Below, piece after piece: positions 19,415 to 29,058 of a stretch of DNA of 63,038 bases; within the stretch, counting starts at the first letter, position 1, and each line of letters begins with the position of its first letter. The notes below the pieces were generated by a model. The model did not search any database and had not been told where the DNA came from. It saw only the letters and a program-made list of their open reading frames with translations. The stretch comes from an uncultured Flavobacteriales bacterium (lineage in GTDB: Bacteria; Bacteroidota; Bacteroidia; Flavobacteriales; BACL11), in contig CAJWCP010000003.1 of NCBI GenBank assembly GCA_913031595.1, positions 1-63,038 on the forward strand, given 5' to 3'. The position numbers were made by a program, and so were the translations under genes.

Positions 19415-21432
19415 ATATCTAGTTGATTAATGATATTTTCATCTGCTATATAAGGGATGGTCACTTTTAAATTAGGGTAGCTTTTCATAGCTCTTTTTAT
19501 CGCAAAGATAGCTTCTTTATTTCTTGCCCAATTTCTTCTAGCAATTCCATTATTTACATCCCAGAAAAGCATTGACTCTAATTTTTTATCTGATTCTTTA
19601 CTTCCATCTATCATCATTCCAAAACCTCCATTTATTACTTCTCCCCATCCAACACCACCTCCATTATGTAAAGAAACCCAGGTAGCGCCTCTAAAACTAT
19701 CTCCAATAACATTTTGAACAGCCATATCTGCTGTAAATTGTGACCCATCATAAATATTAGAAGTTTCTCTATAAGGAGAATCTGTTCCAGAAACATCATG
19801 ATGATCACGACCTAATATTATTGGGGAAGAGATTATATTCTTAGCAATAGCATTATTGAAGGCTTTTGCTATCTTTATTCTTCCTTCAGCATCAGCGTAT
19901 AATATTCTTGCTTGACTTCCAACAACAAGCTTATTTTGGTTTGCTTGTTTTATCCAGTTAATATTATCTTGCATTTGTAATTTAATCTCATCAGGAGCAT
20001 TATCCATTATTTCTTTGAGTACATCAGCTGCAATTTTATCAGTGACCTCTAGGTCTTTTTTTTCATTTGATGTGCAAACCCATCTAAACGGTCCAAAACC
20101 ATAATCAAAACACATAGGGCCCATTATATCTTGTACATATGAAGGATAATTAAATTTTCCTTTTTTATTTATGATATTGGCTCCAGCACGTTTAGCTTCT
20201 AGTAAGAATGCATTTCCATAATCAAAAAAATACATTCCTTTTTTTGAAAGGGTATTAATGGCATTAACATGACGAACAAGTGATTCTTGAACTTTTATTT
20301 TAAATTTTTCTGGATACTGTTTAATCATCTTGTTAGCTTCTTCTAAGCTCATATCTACAGGGTAGTATCCTCCTGAGAATGGATTATGAAGCGATGTTTG
20401 ATCAGAACCAATATCAATCTCTATATTACGTTCAATAATTTTCTCCCATAGATTTACTATATTTCCATTAAATGCAAGAGAGATAGCTTCTTTATTTTTT
20501 TTAGCAGAAACTGCTCTATCTAGTAGTTTGTCTAAATCTGTATAAACTTCATCTACCCAGCCTTGTTTGTGTCTTTTGTATGTTGCTTGTGGATTTATTT
20601 CTGCAATTATGCATACCCCTTTTGCAATTACTGCTGCCTTGCCTTGTGCGCCTGACATTCCACCTAATCCTGATGTTACAAATATTTTTCCTCTTAGATC
20701 TTGAGCATTTGGGTCAATTTTTCTTGCAGCATTTAATATTGTAATATTTGTACCGTGAACTATACCTTGAGGTCCAATATACATAAAAGAACCAGCTGTC
20801 ATTTGCCCATACTGAGTTACCCCTAGACTATTATATTTTTCTAGATCATCTGGTTTCGAATAGTTAGGAATCATCATACCATTTGTTATAATAAGTCTAG
20901 GTGCATCTTTTTTTGAAGGGAAAAGCCCTAAGGGATGTCCGGAATAAACAACGAGAGTTTGTTGGCTTGTCATCTGAGATAAATATTTCATACATAACAA
21001 ATATTGTGCCCAATTTTGGAAAACAGCTCCATTCCCTCCATATGTTATAAGTTCTTCTGGGTGTTGTGCAATGGCATGATCTAAATTATTAGAGATCATT
21101 AATTGTATTGCTGCTGCTTCTTTACTTTTATAAGGAAAATCTTCTATAGATCTTGCTTTGATTGTATAATCAGGCATAAATCGATACATGTAAATTCTCC
21201 CATATTTTTTCAATTCTTCTGAGAATTCTGGAGCTAATTCTGAATGCATATTTTTTGGAAAATAACGTAATGCATTACGGATAGCTAGTCTTTTTTCTTC
21301 TTTTGTTAATATGTCTTTACGTTTTGGAGCATGACTAATATTATTATTTAATTCTTTTTTGGGAGGTAAAAAAGTTGGTATTCCTTCTGAAATAGATTTT
21401 TTAATATTTTCCATTTTTTCCATTTTTTCCAT
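19411..21432 (-). CDS. hutU: Urocanate hydratase (long, Bacteroidota/eukaryote-type)
   Basis: ELITYGGNG, QYGQMTAGS.MYIGPQGIVHGT, GLGGMSGAQ, SDQTSLHN, GRDHHDVSG, HNGGGVGWG; true start may be 21432, 21423 or 21414. Confidence 0.95.
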   Translation of the reverse strand: MEKMEKMENIKKSISEGIPTFLPPKKELNNNISHAPKRKDILTKEEKRLAIRNALRYFPKNMHSELAPEFSEELKKYGRIYMYRFMPDYTIKARSIEDFPYKSKEAAAIQLMISNNLDHAIAQHPEELITYGGNGAVFQNWAQYLLCMKYLSQMTSQQTLVVYSGHPLGLFPSKKDAPRLIITNGMMIPNYSKPDDLEKYNSLGVTQYGQMTAGSFMYIGPQGIVHGTNITILNAARKIDPNAQDLRGKIFVTSGLGGMSGAQGKAAVIAKGVCIIAEINPQATYKRHKQGWVDEVYTDLDKLLDRAVSAKKNKEAISLAFNGNIVNLWEKIIERNIEIDIGSDQTSLHNPFSGGYYPVDMSLEEANKMIKQYPEKFKIKVQESLVRHVNAINTLSKKGMYFFDYGNAFLLEAKRAGANIINKKGKFNYPSYVQDIMGPMCFDYGFGPFRWVCTSNEKKDLEVTDKIAADVLKEIMDNAPDEIKLQMQDNINWIKQANQNKLVVGSQARILYADAEGRIKIAKAFNNAIAKNIISSPIILGRDHHDVSGTDSPYRETSNIYDGSQFTADMAVQNVIGDSFRGATWVSLHNGGGVGWGEVINGGFGMMIDGSKESDKKLESMLFWDVNNGIARRNWARNKEAIFAIKRAMKSYPNLKVTIPYIADENIINQLDI

Positions 21433-21586
21433 TTTTTTCTTTTTTATTGTACGGACAATGCTTGCAAGTATTATTACAACAATAACCTCTTTTCAGATGA
21501 TATTTCTCTGTAAATATAACATATCCTTCTTTAGCATAATAATATTCATCTTTTTTAAGATGAGCTATTTTTGAAAATCCTTTCAT
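21401..21586 (-). CDS. Small Cys-rich DUF5522-family protein
   Basis: G..IFTEKYHLKRGYCC...CKHCPY motif; -7 box TAATTTTG at 21597-21604. Confidence 0.75.
   Translation of the reverse strand: MKGFSKIAHLKKDEYYYAKEGYVIFTEKYHLKRGYCCNNTCKHCPYNKKEKNGKNGKNGKY
21407..21438 (-). repeat. 9-bp tandem repeat (AAAAAATGG) x3 in the DUF5522/hutU overlap
   Basis: Read directly; encodes MEKMEKME in hutU frame and KNGKNGKNGK in DUF5522 frame. Confidence 0.9.
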
Positions 21587-21618
21587 AATTTATATGCAAA
21601 ATTAAGATATTTGCTTAA

Positions 21619-22509
21619 ATGAAAATTAAAACAGATGAAATATCATTACCGATCTTAAAAGATAAAAAAGTTAGGCTATTTCTTAAAAGAATAGATCTGA
21701 TTCATCCAGATATATCAGGTAATAAGTGGTATAAATTAAAATATAATATACTTAAAGTTAAAGAAGATAACTTTGACTCTTTATTAACTTTTGGAGGTGC
21801 ATATTCAAATCATCTTGTGGCTACTTCTTTTGCTGCCAGAGAAAATAATATTTCTAGTATAGGGGTTGTGCGTGGAGAACCAATATTACCATTAAATACT
21901 AGTCTTTCTATTGCTAAAAAGAATGGAATGAAATTTAGATACATAGATAGATCTGCTTATCGCTCTAAGTATGATTCTATGCTAATAGATTCTCTAAGAG
22001 AAGAGTTTGGGAATTTTTATCTTTTACCAGAGGGAGGGACAAATAAACTTGCTTTAAGAGGGGTGGAAGAGATTATAGAGAAAAAAGATGATTATGATTA
22101 TATTTGTTGTCCTGTAGGTACAGGATGTACAATTTCTGGGATTATAAATACTTCACTTATTTCACAGAAAGTTTTAGGTTTCCCTGCTATTAATTCATCA
22201 GAATTATTGCGTCAAGATATTGCTTTATTGTCTAATAAACATAATTGGAGGTTGATTAAAGACTATGTGTTTGGAGGTTATGCAAAGATTAATAATGATT
22301 TAATTAATTTTATTTATAATTTTTATGATACTCATAATATTATTTTGGATGGAGTTTATACTGCTAAAATGCTCTTTGGTATTATTGATCTCGTAAAAAA
22401 GGATTATTTTCCTTCTAATAGTTTAATCCTTGCAATACATACTGGAGGTGTTCAAGGAAACAAAGGACTTAATGAGAGGTATAATTTAGATTTGCCTCAT
22501 AATTTCTAA
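21619..22509 (+). CDS. ACC deaminase / D-cysteine desulfhydrase family PLP enzyme
   Basis: SGNKWYKLKYN (PLP Lys), TFGGAYSNH, PEGG.N, VGTG.T, GGYAK, VYTAK, HTGG.QG. Confidence 0.9.
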   Translation: MKIKTDEISLPILKDKKVRLFLKRIDLIHPDISGNKWYKLKYNILKVKEDNFDSLLTFGGAYSNHLVATSFAARENNISSIGVVRGEPILPLNTSLSIAKKNGMKFRYIDRSAYRSKYDSMLIDSLREEFGNFYLLPEGGTNKLALRGVEEIIEKKDDYDYICCPVGTGCTISGIINTSLISQKVLGFPAINSSELLRQDIALLSNKHNWRLIKDYVFGGYAKINNDLINFIYNFYDTHNIILDGVYTAKMLFGIIDLVKKDYFPSNSLILAIHTGGVQGNKGLNERYNLDLPHNF

Positions 22510-23874
22510 ATTTTCCTTTTCTTTCCATTTTCCATTAGTAAAATCAGGTATGTCTATTGTTTGACTTTTATTATTAGCTGATAACTCAGAAAGGGGAGTA
22601 ATTGCGCTCCACATAACACTATCATATATATTTATGTCAAGAGGTAACCCAAGGTTTAGGCATCTTATTAGCCGGTATATCATTATAAAGTCCATTCCTC
22701 CATGTCCTTGTTTAAATTCTTGACTAATTGTTTCTAATTTTTTGATTATCGGATGTTGATATTTCTTTCTATATTTTTTATAGTCCTTTTTGTTTAACCA
22801 ATTGTGTCCCCAGGATTTAGGTTGTTTGCTGTCAATATATAGCCTGCTTGGATATCCTTCATGCATAGCATTTGTTCCTATAATTTTATTGATTCTAGAG
22901 TAGGGCCTTCCTGTATGAACATCAAATTGTAATAATATTGTCTTTCCTTTTTTTGTCTTAATAATAGTGTTGTTTATATCTCCACATTTATACTTTTGAA
23001 TTTTATGTTTAGCTTGTTTAGCTGCCAAGCTAAGATTTAACTCTCTACTGCTCATTGAAGTAAGGTGGCAGAAGTTATCACCTCTTCCAATACCTAGATA
23101 ATGACATATTGGCCCTAATGCATGTGTTGTATAAAAATTTCCATTTCTTATAGCATGTTGTTTTAATCTCCACTGGTCTTGATAATAATTTTCATCTAGT
23201 AATAAAGCTCTTAGGTCATGTAAGTAAGCCCCTTCAGTATGTGTGATATCTCCAAATATACCTTCTTGTATCATGTTTAATATCCAAAGCTCTTCTTGAT
23301 TGTAACAACAGTTTTCTATCATTATACAGTGTCTTCTTGTGGTTTCTGCTGTTTTAATTAGTTTCCAGCAATCTTCAAGAGTATAAGCAATAGGAACTTC
23401 ACATGCCACGTGTTTTCCTTTTTCCATGCTAAATAAAGACATTGGTGTATGCATACGCCAGGGTGTTGCAATAATAACTAAGTCAATATCTTCTCTTTTT
23501 ACCATTTCTCTCCAAGATTCTTCAGATTTATTATAACAATAAATTGATGCTTTTTGCCATTTAGATATTGTATTTTTTGCTTTTTCTGTTTTTTCTTTTG
23601 TAATATCAGAGACTGCTATTATTTGTGCATATTGTTTATTTACTAGATATTGAAGCATTTCTATTAATACTGACCCTCTATTTCCTAGTCCTATTACCCC
23701 TATTCTTACTTTTTTTATTTCTTGACTACTAAAACCTATCATGTTTCCTTGTATCTTTTTTGTAGTATTATTTACTAATTCCTGTAGAGTATTTTGATCA
23801 TTGCATGAAGTTAATGGTAGTCCTATAAAAGCACTTGCTCCTAATACTGATTGTAAGAATTCTTTTCTTTTCAA
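22486..23874 (-). CDS. GH109 NAD+-dependent alpha-N-acetylgalactosaminidase-like (Gfo/Idh/MocA) lipoprotein
   Basis: IGLGNRG, IATPW..H, ACEVP, ENCCY, AYLHDLR, GN.Y.TH.LGP, GHGGMDF; Tat-like KRKEFL and lipobox LTSC; TTG start. Confidence 0.85.
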   Translation of the reverse strand: MKRKEFLQSVLGASAFIGLPLTSCNDQNTLQELVNNTTKKIQGNMIGFSSQEIKKVRIGVIGLGNRGSVLIEMLQYLVNKQYAQIIAVSDITKEKTEKAKNTISKWQKASIYCYNKSEESWREMVKREDIDLVIIATPWRMHTPMSLFSMEKGKHVACEVPIAYTLEDCWKLIKTAETTRRHCIMIENCCYNQEELWILNMIQEGIFGDITHTEGAYLHDLRALLLDENYYQDQWRLKQHAIRNGNFYTTHALGPICHYLGIGRGDNFCHLTSMSSRELNLSLAAKQAKHKIQKYKCGDINNTIIKTKKGKTILLQFDVHTGRPYSRINKIIGTNAMHEGYPSRLYIDSKQPKSWGHNWLNKKDYKKYRKKYQHPIIKKLETISQEFKQGHGGMDFIMIYRLIRCLNLGLPLDINIYDSVMWSAITPLSELSANNKSQTIDIPDFTNGKWKEKENLEIMRQI

Positions 23875-23957
23875 TTTATTATTTTTAATAATGTTTATTT
23901 TTCAAATATATAAGATATAGTTTTTTTGATTATATTTATTATTGATATTTTTGTTTA

Positions 23958-24887
23958 GTGAAAAAGTTGATTTTCTTTATTTTCTTATTTTTTGTTTTTT
24001 TTTCTAAGGCTCAAGATAAAACCGATTTATATATTGAAAAATATAAGGATTTAGCTATTTCTGAGATGCAACGCTATGGTATTCCTGCTTCTATTACTTT
24101 AGCTCAGGGGATTTTAGAGTCCGGTAATGGAGAGAGTTATCTAGCTGTCGAAGGGTTTAATCATTTTGGTATTAAATGTCATAAAGAATGGAATGGGTTG
24201 ACAATTTTGGCAGATGATGATAAGAAAGGAGAGTGCTTTAGAAAATATACAAGTGTAGCGGAATCTTATCAGGACCATTCTCTTTTTCTTGTCCATAAAG
24301 ATCGTTATTCCTTTTTATTTAATTATAAAATAAAAGATTATAAAAAATGGGCTAGAGGTTTAAAAAAAGCAGGTTATGCTACCAATCCTGAGTATTCTCG
24401 TTTATTAATTGACTTAATAGAAAGGTATAATTTAAATCAGTTTGATAGAATAAAGAAGATAAATATATATTCAGTATATTCTTTTGGTTTTCCTTATGTA
24501 GTAGGTTATGGAGTTTATTTTGATAGAAGTGGAGCTAGATGGCTTAGTAATAGGTCATTGAGGATTGATGTTAAAATTTCGGGAGTTTTAAATAGTTTGT
24601 CAATTACGCATGATCAGTATATTACTGATGAGTTTTTTGTTAGTACAAATACTGGTTTAGTATATTATCCTTTAAAAGAATCAAAAGAATTGTTGCCTAC
24701 TGTTTCAGTTACTTTGGGGTTTAAGAAACTACTTCCTGCACATTATAAGAGTGATTATTTTTTAACTCGTTTAGGACTTGAATTTATAGAGCGTGAAGAA
24801 GGAGTTTATAGTCGGGATATTTGGAAAGATATATGGAATGATTATTATATATTGCCATTTGTTTCTTTTTCGTACCTTATAAATTAG
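23958..24887 (+). CDS. GH73 glucosaminidase (peptidoglycan hydrolase) with C-terminal beta-barrel-like domain
   Basis: IPASITLAQGILESG.G.S, N.FGIKC, FRKY, GLKKAGYAT.P.Y; no LysM; C-terminal amphipathic strands ending PFVSFSYLIN. Confidence 0.85.
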   Translation: MKKLIFFIFLFFVFFSKAQDKTDLYIEKYKDLAISEMQRYGIPASITLAQGILESGNGESYLAVEGFNHFGIKCHKEWNGLTILADDDKKGECFRKYTSVAESYQDHSLFLVHKDRYSFLFNYKIKDYKKWARGLKKAGYATNPEYSRLLIDLIERYNLNQFDRIKKINIYSVYSFGFPYVVGYGVYFDRSGARWLSNRSLRIDVKISGVLNSLSITHDQYITDEFFVSTNTGLVYYPLKESKELLPTVSVTLGFKKLLPAHYKSDYFLTRLGLEFIEREEGVYSRDIWKDIWNDYYILPFVSFSYLIN

Positions 24888-27493
24888 AGTTTTATTTCGT
24901 AATTATAAATTGTTCCATGTTTTGAATTTATAATGTTCATTTTTCCGTTATTTTCAATATCAGTAAAATTAAATAATCCGTCAGTTTCTATTGGGAAACC
25001 TTCTATAATCTCTTTATTTTTATACAGATATAATTCATCTGATGTACTACTTAAGATATAATCTTTTACTGTAAAAAGTTGTGTGATTTTTTGATTAAGT
25101 TCAAAATCATGTGTTTTTTGGAAATTTATGTCTGTTATAATTAGTTTTTGATCATTTGTTAATACATATTCTTCATTATTGTTTTGATTGTTTATTATGC
25201 AAAATAGAGATTGATTATTAAGTTGATCTATAGAAGTTTCAGTAACATCTCCATTGGTTTTTCCTCTCCATAGTTTTCCCTCAGAGGTGATAGCGTAAAT
25301 TGTTCCATTTTTTCCAATTTGCAAAGGGGATCTATTAAATGTTGTTTTAGAATTATAAGAAACTCTTTTTGTGCCATTTATTGCTAATAATCTAGAAGTA
25401 CTATTAGCAGTCTCTTCTAGTATGTAGTCTTTGTTATTTACTTTAAAGTGTCTAGGGGTAGCAATAATTCTATTTTTTTCTTTTTTATACTTCCAGCCCT
25501 GAACTTTTTCTATCTTAGAGTTAACGTTATAGATTATGTTGTCCTCTCCTGTAATTAGTATTCTGTATCTTTTTTTATTTTCATAATCAAATAATGCATG
25601 TCCTAAGTTAGTTATTTGAGGGGTCTTTTTAGGAAAGCCATCCACATAATTTCCATTTCGATCAATAATATGAATTTTTTCTACTGTATTAAATATTGCC
25701 TGGTATTTTTTGTTTTTATATATATCTATTTCATTAATATCACCTATTATTTTAGAATTAAGCTTTTTTTCCCAAACAATTCTTCCTTTTTTATCTATTG
25801 CATATAGATTATTAGATAGGGTCTGTATTAATATCATTTTTTCATTTGTAAAATGATTCTTGACGAATTGAGGTCTCATAGCGATCGACGTATCCAGTTG
25901 TAAAAACCATTCTTCTTTTATATTTTCCTTAAAATTGGAGTCATAATAAATACTTAGGTTATTTAAAAGTAGATCTCGCTTACTAGAAATGTCTATAGAT
26001 AATCCTGTGAAGTTTTTTATGGAGTCATTATTAAATAATATCTTCTTTTTATATTTTTCTTCTAGTTGATCTTGGAGTTCATTGATTGTCCTGCCTGGAT
26101 TAATATAAAATAACAGGTTTGTTTTTGAAGACATATATCTTCTATATTTTCTAAAACTTGCATTATAGTTAAGGGTTTTCTTAGTATTATAGTTGTCTAT
26201 AATATATTGAATAGATGCTTGAGAGTTTCCGAATATAAAATAATCTTCAATGTTAGTAAAATAGGCTGTTTTACAAGAGAATATAGGGCCAAATAGATTT
26301 TCTATTATATTATGATCTTTACAAGAGTTAATGTAATAATTATTATATTTTTCTTTTTTTATTATTAAGCCTTGCATTATACTTGCTGTATTAATAGTGT
26401 TATTACTTTTAAAATAAGCATATTCAGCGTTACTATTCTCTATATTAAAGGTGTTAAATTTTCCTGCCTCATTTCCTAAATCCTTAATTAGCTCATGATA
26501 ATCTACTTTTGTGCTGTCTAGTATTTTTTTTCTGTACTTATTCCAGCTCCAAAAGTTGTTCTGTAATTGTAATAATTTATTTTTTTTCTCGAGTAATAGT
26601 TTTGATTTATCAAAACCTATTCCTAATAGGATTGTAGTGTTTTCTGGAATAATATTGACTATATCAATATTCTGAATTTGTTGATTTATAAATATATCTG
26701 AATATTGTTTGATTGGTTCTTTAAGGTTACTAAAACCATTTGCTATAATTACATTATTTTTAATTTTTACGTCTGTCAATACCCATTCAGATAAATTATT
26801 AAGATATGTGTTTTCTTTTGTGTATGTATTTATGAAGTTTGATAAAGAATTATAGTTGATAAATAAATTTATATCAGCATCATTATTAATTGTACTGTAC
26901 AGTGTTTTAAAGTTGTCGCTATTTAGTAGTTTATCTGTTGTTTTATTTTTTTTAATTACATCTTCAATTAGCATTTTATTTTTAGAAAAGAAAATGATAT
27001 CTTCTTCAAATGAACAATATATTGTTTTTTCTTTTTTATTTAGTTCATAGACTGTTTTTTTATCATACTTATACGTTTTACTCAATTGACCAATCAATGG
27101 TATTATATTGTTTTTATCTTTAAGATGATTTAAGGAAATGTTAGTGCTATATAGTATGTTATTATTGTTAGGGCCTGTTTTATGTAAGGAAACAACCATT
27201 TTAGTAGTGTTAAATATAGAATTCTCGCTCAGTAATAAGCTTAATTCATCTAATTCTTTATTAATTAATTCAAATTGGTTGATTAACAATAATTGATTCC
27301 AGATATTTGTTTGTTTTAATGTTTTTGGTATTTCTTTTATATTATTAATTTGAAGAATTATTGCTGAATTTTTAGGTATAATTGTTAAAGGGTCTGTTAT
27401 TTTTGGCGTTGTTTCTTTATACATGTCATAGCCTATTGCTATTATTAGAGCAATAAGAAGAGTAGGGATTAGTATTTTTATAAGACTTTTCAT
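24884..27493 (-). CDS. Large hypothetical membrane-anchored envelope protein (DUF3352-like N-part, beta-propeller-like C-part)
   Basis: N-terminal TM, 'DPL..IP' start, C-terminal repeats with ID.Y.N.K.Q, DRNG..V.GFP, FDYE; family call from memory. Confidence 0.55.
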   Translation of the reverse strand: MKSLIKILIPTLLIALIIAIGYDMYKETTPKITDPLTIIPKNSAIILQINNIKEIPKTLKQTNIWNQLLLINQFELINKELDELSLLLSENSIFNTTKMVVSLHKTGPNNNNILYSTNISLNHLKDKNNIIPLIGQLSKTYKYDKKTVYELNKKEKTIYCSFEEDIIFFSKNKMLIEDVIKKNKTTDKLLNSDNFKTLYSTINNDADINLFINYNSLSNFINTYTKENTYLNNLSEWVLTDVKIKNNVIIANGFSNLKEPIKQYSDIFINQQIQNIDIVNIIPENTTILLGIGFDKSKLLLEKKNKLLQLQNNFWSWNKYRKKILDSTKVDYHELIKDLGNEAGKFNTFNIENSNAEYAYFKSNNTINTASIMQGLIIKKEKYNNYYINSCKDHNIIENLFGPIFSCKTAYFTNIEDYFIFGNSQASIQYIIDNYNTKKTLNYNASFRKYRRYMSSKTNLLFYINPGRTINELQDQLEEKYKKKILFNNDSIKNFTGLSIDISSKRDLLLNNLSIYYDSNFKENIKEEWFLQLDTSIAMRPQFVKNHFTNEKMILIQTLSNNLYAIDKKGRIVWEKKLNSKIIGDINEIDIYKNKKYQAIFNTVEKIHIIDRNGNYVDGFPKKTPQITNLGHALFDYENKKRYRILITGEDNIIYNVNSKIEKVQGWKYKKEKNRIIATPRHFKVNNKDYILEETANSTSRLLAINGTKRVSYNSKTTFNRSPLQIGKNGTIYAITSEGKLWRGKTNGDVTETSIDQLNNQSLFCIINNQNNNEEYVLTNDQKLIITDINFQKTHDFELNQKITQLFTVKDYILSSTSDELYLYKNKEIIEGFPIETDGLFNFTDIENNGKMNIINSKHGTIYNYEIKL

Positions 27494-27536
27494 CTATGGA
27501 AGGATCAAAATTAGTAATTTATATGTATAAAATACA

Positions 27537-28112
27537 TTAGTTTTTTAGTAGTTGAAAACTTTTTCTGTGATGTTTTGTAATGCCAAAATTTTGAATGTTT
27601 TTCCTGTGTTCATTAGTAGGGTATCCCTTATTATTTAGCCAGTTATATTCAGGGTGTTCTATATTTAGTTTTTTCATTAGCTCATCTCTGTAATTTTTTG
27701 CTAATATTGATGCGGCAGCAATACTCATTAATTTAGAATCTCCTTTTATAATACATTGATGAGGGATTGAGTGTTTTTTAAAATGATTTCCGTCAATTAA
27801 TAAGAGTTCTGCTTTAATCGTTAGTGTATTAATAGCTCTATGCATTGCTAATATGGATGCATTGAGAATATTTATTTTGTCAATTTCTTTTACAGTTGCT
27901 ATTCCAATAGAGAAGGAAAGAGCATTTTCTTTAATTATATTTGATAGTAGCAGTATTTTTTTTTTAGAAAGTTTTTTGCTGTCGTTTAATATATTATTAG
28001 TGAAATTTTTTGGTAATATTACTGCTGAGGCTACTACTGGTCCTGCTAAGCATCCTCTTCCGGCTTCATCGCATCCTGCTTCTATTTTATTAGTTAGGTA
28101 AGCTTTTAACAT
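27537..28112 (-). CDS. rnhB: Ribonuclease HII
   Basis: GCDEAGRG.LAGPV, DSKKLS, LIDGN, KGD....IAAASILAK..RD, KGYPT..H. Confidence 0.96.
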   Translation of the reverse strand: MLKAYLTNKIEAGCDEAGRGCLAGPVVASAVILPKNFTNNILNDSKKLSKKKILLLSNIIKENALSFSIGIATVKEIDKINILNASILAMHRAINTLTIKAELLLIDGNHFKKHSIPHQCIIKGDSKLMSIAAASILAKNYRDELMKKLNIEHPEYNWLNNKGYPTNEHRKNIQNFGITKHHRKSFQLLKN

Positions 28113-29009
28113 TTACCTAGGTATTAATCCTTTGTCAATTTTTTTAATTTCTTTAATTTGATCTTTTTCCGTTCTTATATCTATATTTTCCATTAACCAC
28201 CATTCTTCTTTTTTGTAATTGTATGAGTCAAATGTTCCGTCTGGTATATAATATTCTTCTAATCCTGCTAGATCTTTACTTGGAGGAGATAAATGGTTAA
28301 AAATGATACGTCTCTGATCTTTATCATATTTTACATTTATAAATGTTTTAGCATCATGTTCTAGTATTATTCTTTTTCTTTTTTCTTTTTTTTGTGCTGC
28401 ATTATTGAAAATAGGTAGGCCAAATACAATTTCATCTTCTGTGTTAAAATGCATTATCTCTATTATTTTCTTACTACTATATCTGTCGTATCCATTAAAT
28501 CCAAGTAGGGTATAAAATTCTTTTTTCTTGTTTTTGATATAAATAATGTCATAATAGTATGCTCCATACCAATTTTCTGGTTTTAACTCTTTATTTTTTG
28601 CATTTCGGATATGATTTGATTTATCTGTAAGTTTTATGATTTTATAGCGTTTATCTTTCTTGTTATAGTAATGTAAAACCCCGTAATAAGTATAGCTTTT
28701 GTCATCTTTTTGGATAAACCATGTAAATATGCGAAAGTTTTTTTTTGGTGATATTATTCTAGATATTGTTGGTGGTAACTTGTCAAATGAAAACTTAAAT
28801 GATTTACTATAGCTTAGTACTTCAGTTAGATTTTTTATAAATGCTTCATTTGCTTCTTTTTTTTCTTTTTCTGTTGCTCCATGGGTTATTTTGTTAGCAA
28901 TTATTGTTAAAGTGTCTTCATATTCAGCAATTAGTTTTTGGTTTCCTTTTTGAGCGAATGATGAGCAAGATAAGATTATACATATATTTATTAATAATAT
29001 CTTTCTCAT
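28113..29009 (-). CDS. Hypothetical exported protein
   Basis: Signal peptide (SFA-Q); W.GA.YY.I, Y.LLG, FG.PIF, Y.PDG..D motifs; function unknown. Confidence 0.65.
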   Translation of the reverse strand: MRKILLINICIILSCSSFAQKGNQKLIAEYEDTLTIIANKITHGATEKEKKEANEAFIKNLTEVLSYSKSFKFSFDKLPPTISRIISPKKNFRIFTWFIQKDDKSYTYYGVLHYYNKKDKRYKIIKLTDKSNHIRNAKNKELKPENWYGAYYYDIIYIKNKKKEFYTLLGFNGYDRYSSKKIIEIMHFNTEDEIVFGLPIFNNAAQKKEKRKRIILEHDAKTFINVKYDKDQRRIIFNHLSPPSKDLAGLEEYYIPDGTFDSYNYKKEEWWLMENIDIRTEKDQIKEIKKIDKGLIPR

Positions 29010-29058
29010 AGTTTAATTGTTTAACAAAAATTTATTTTTGTAAAAATATAATTATTTC

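Noticed and set aside
21619-22509. True ACC deaminase implying plant association
   Set aside because: Family also includes D-cysteine desulfhydrases and is widespread in Flavobacteriia; specificity cannot be read from these motifs
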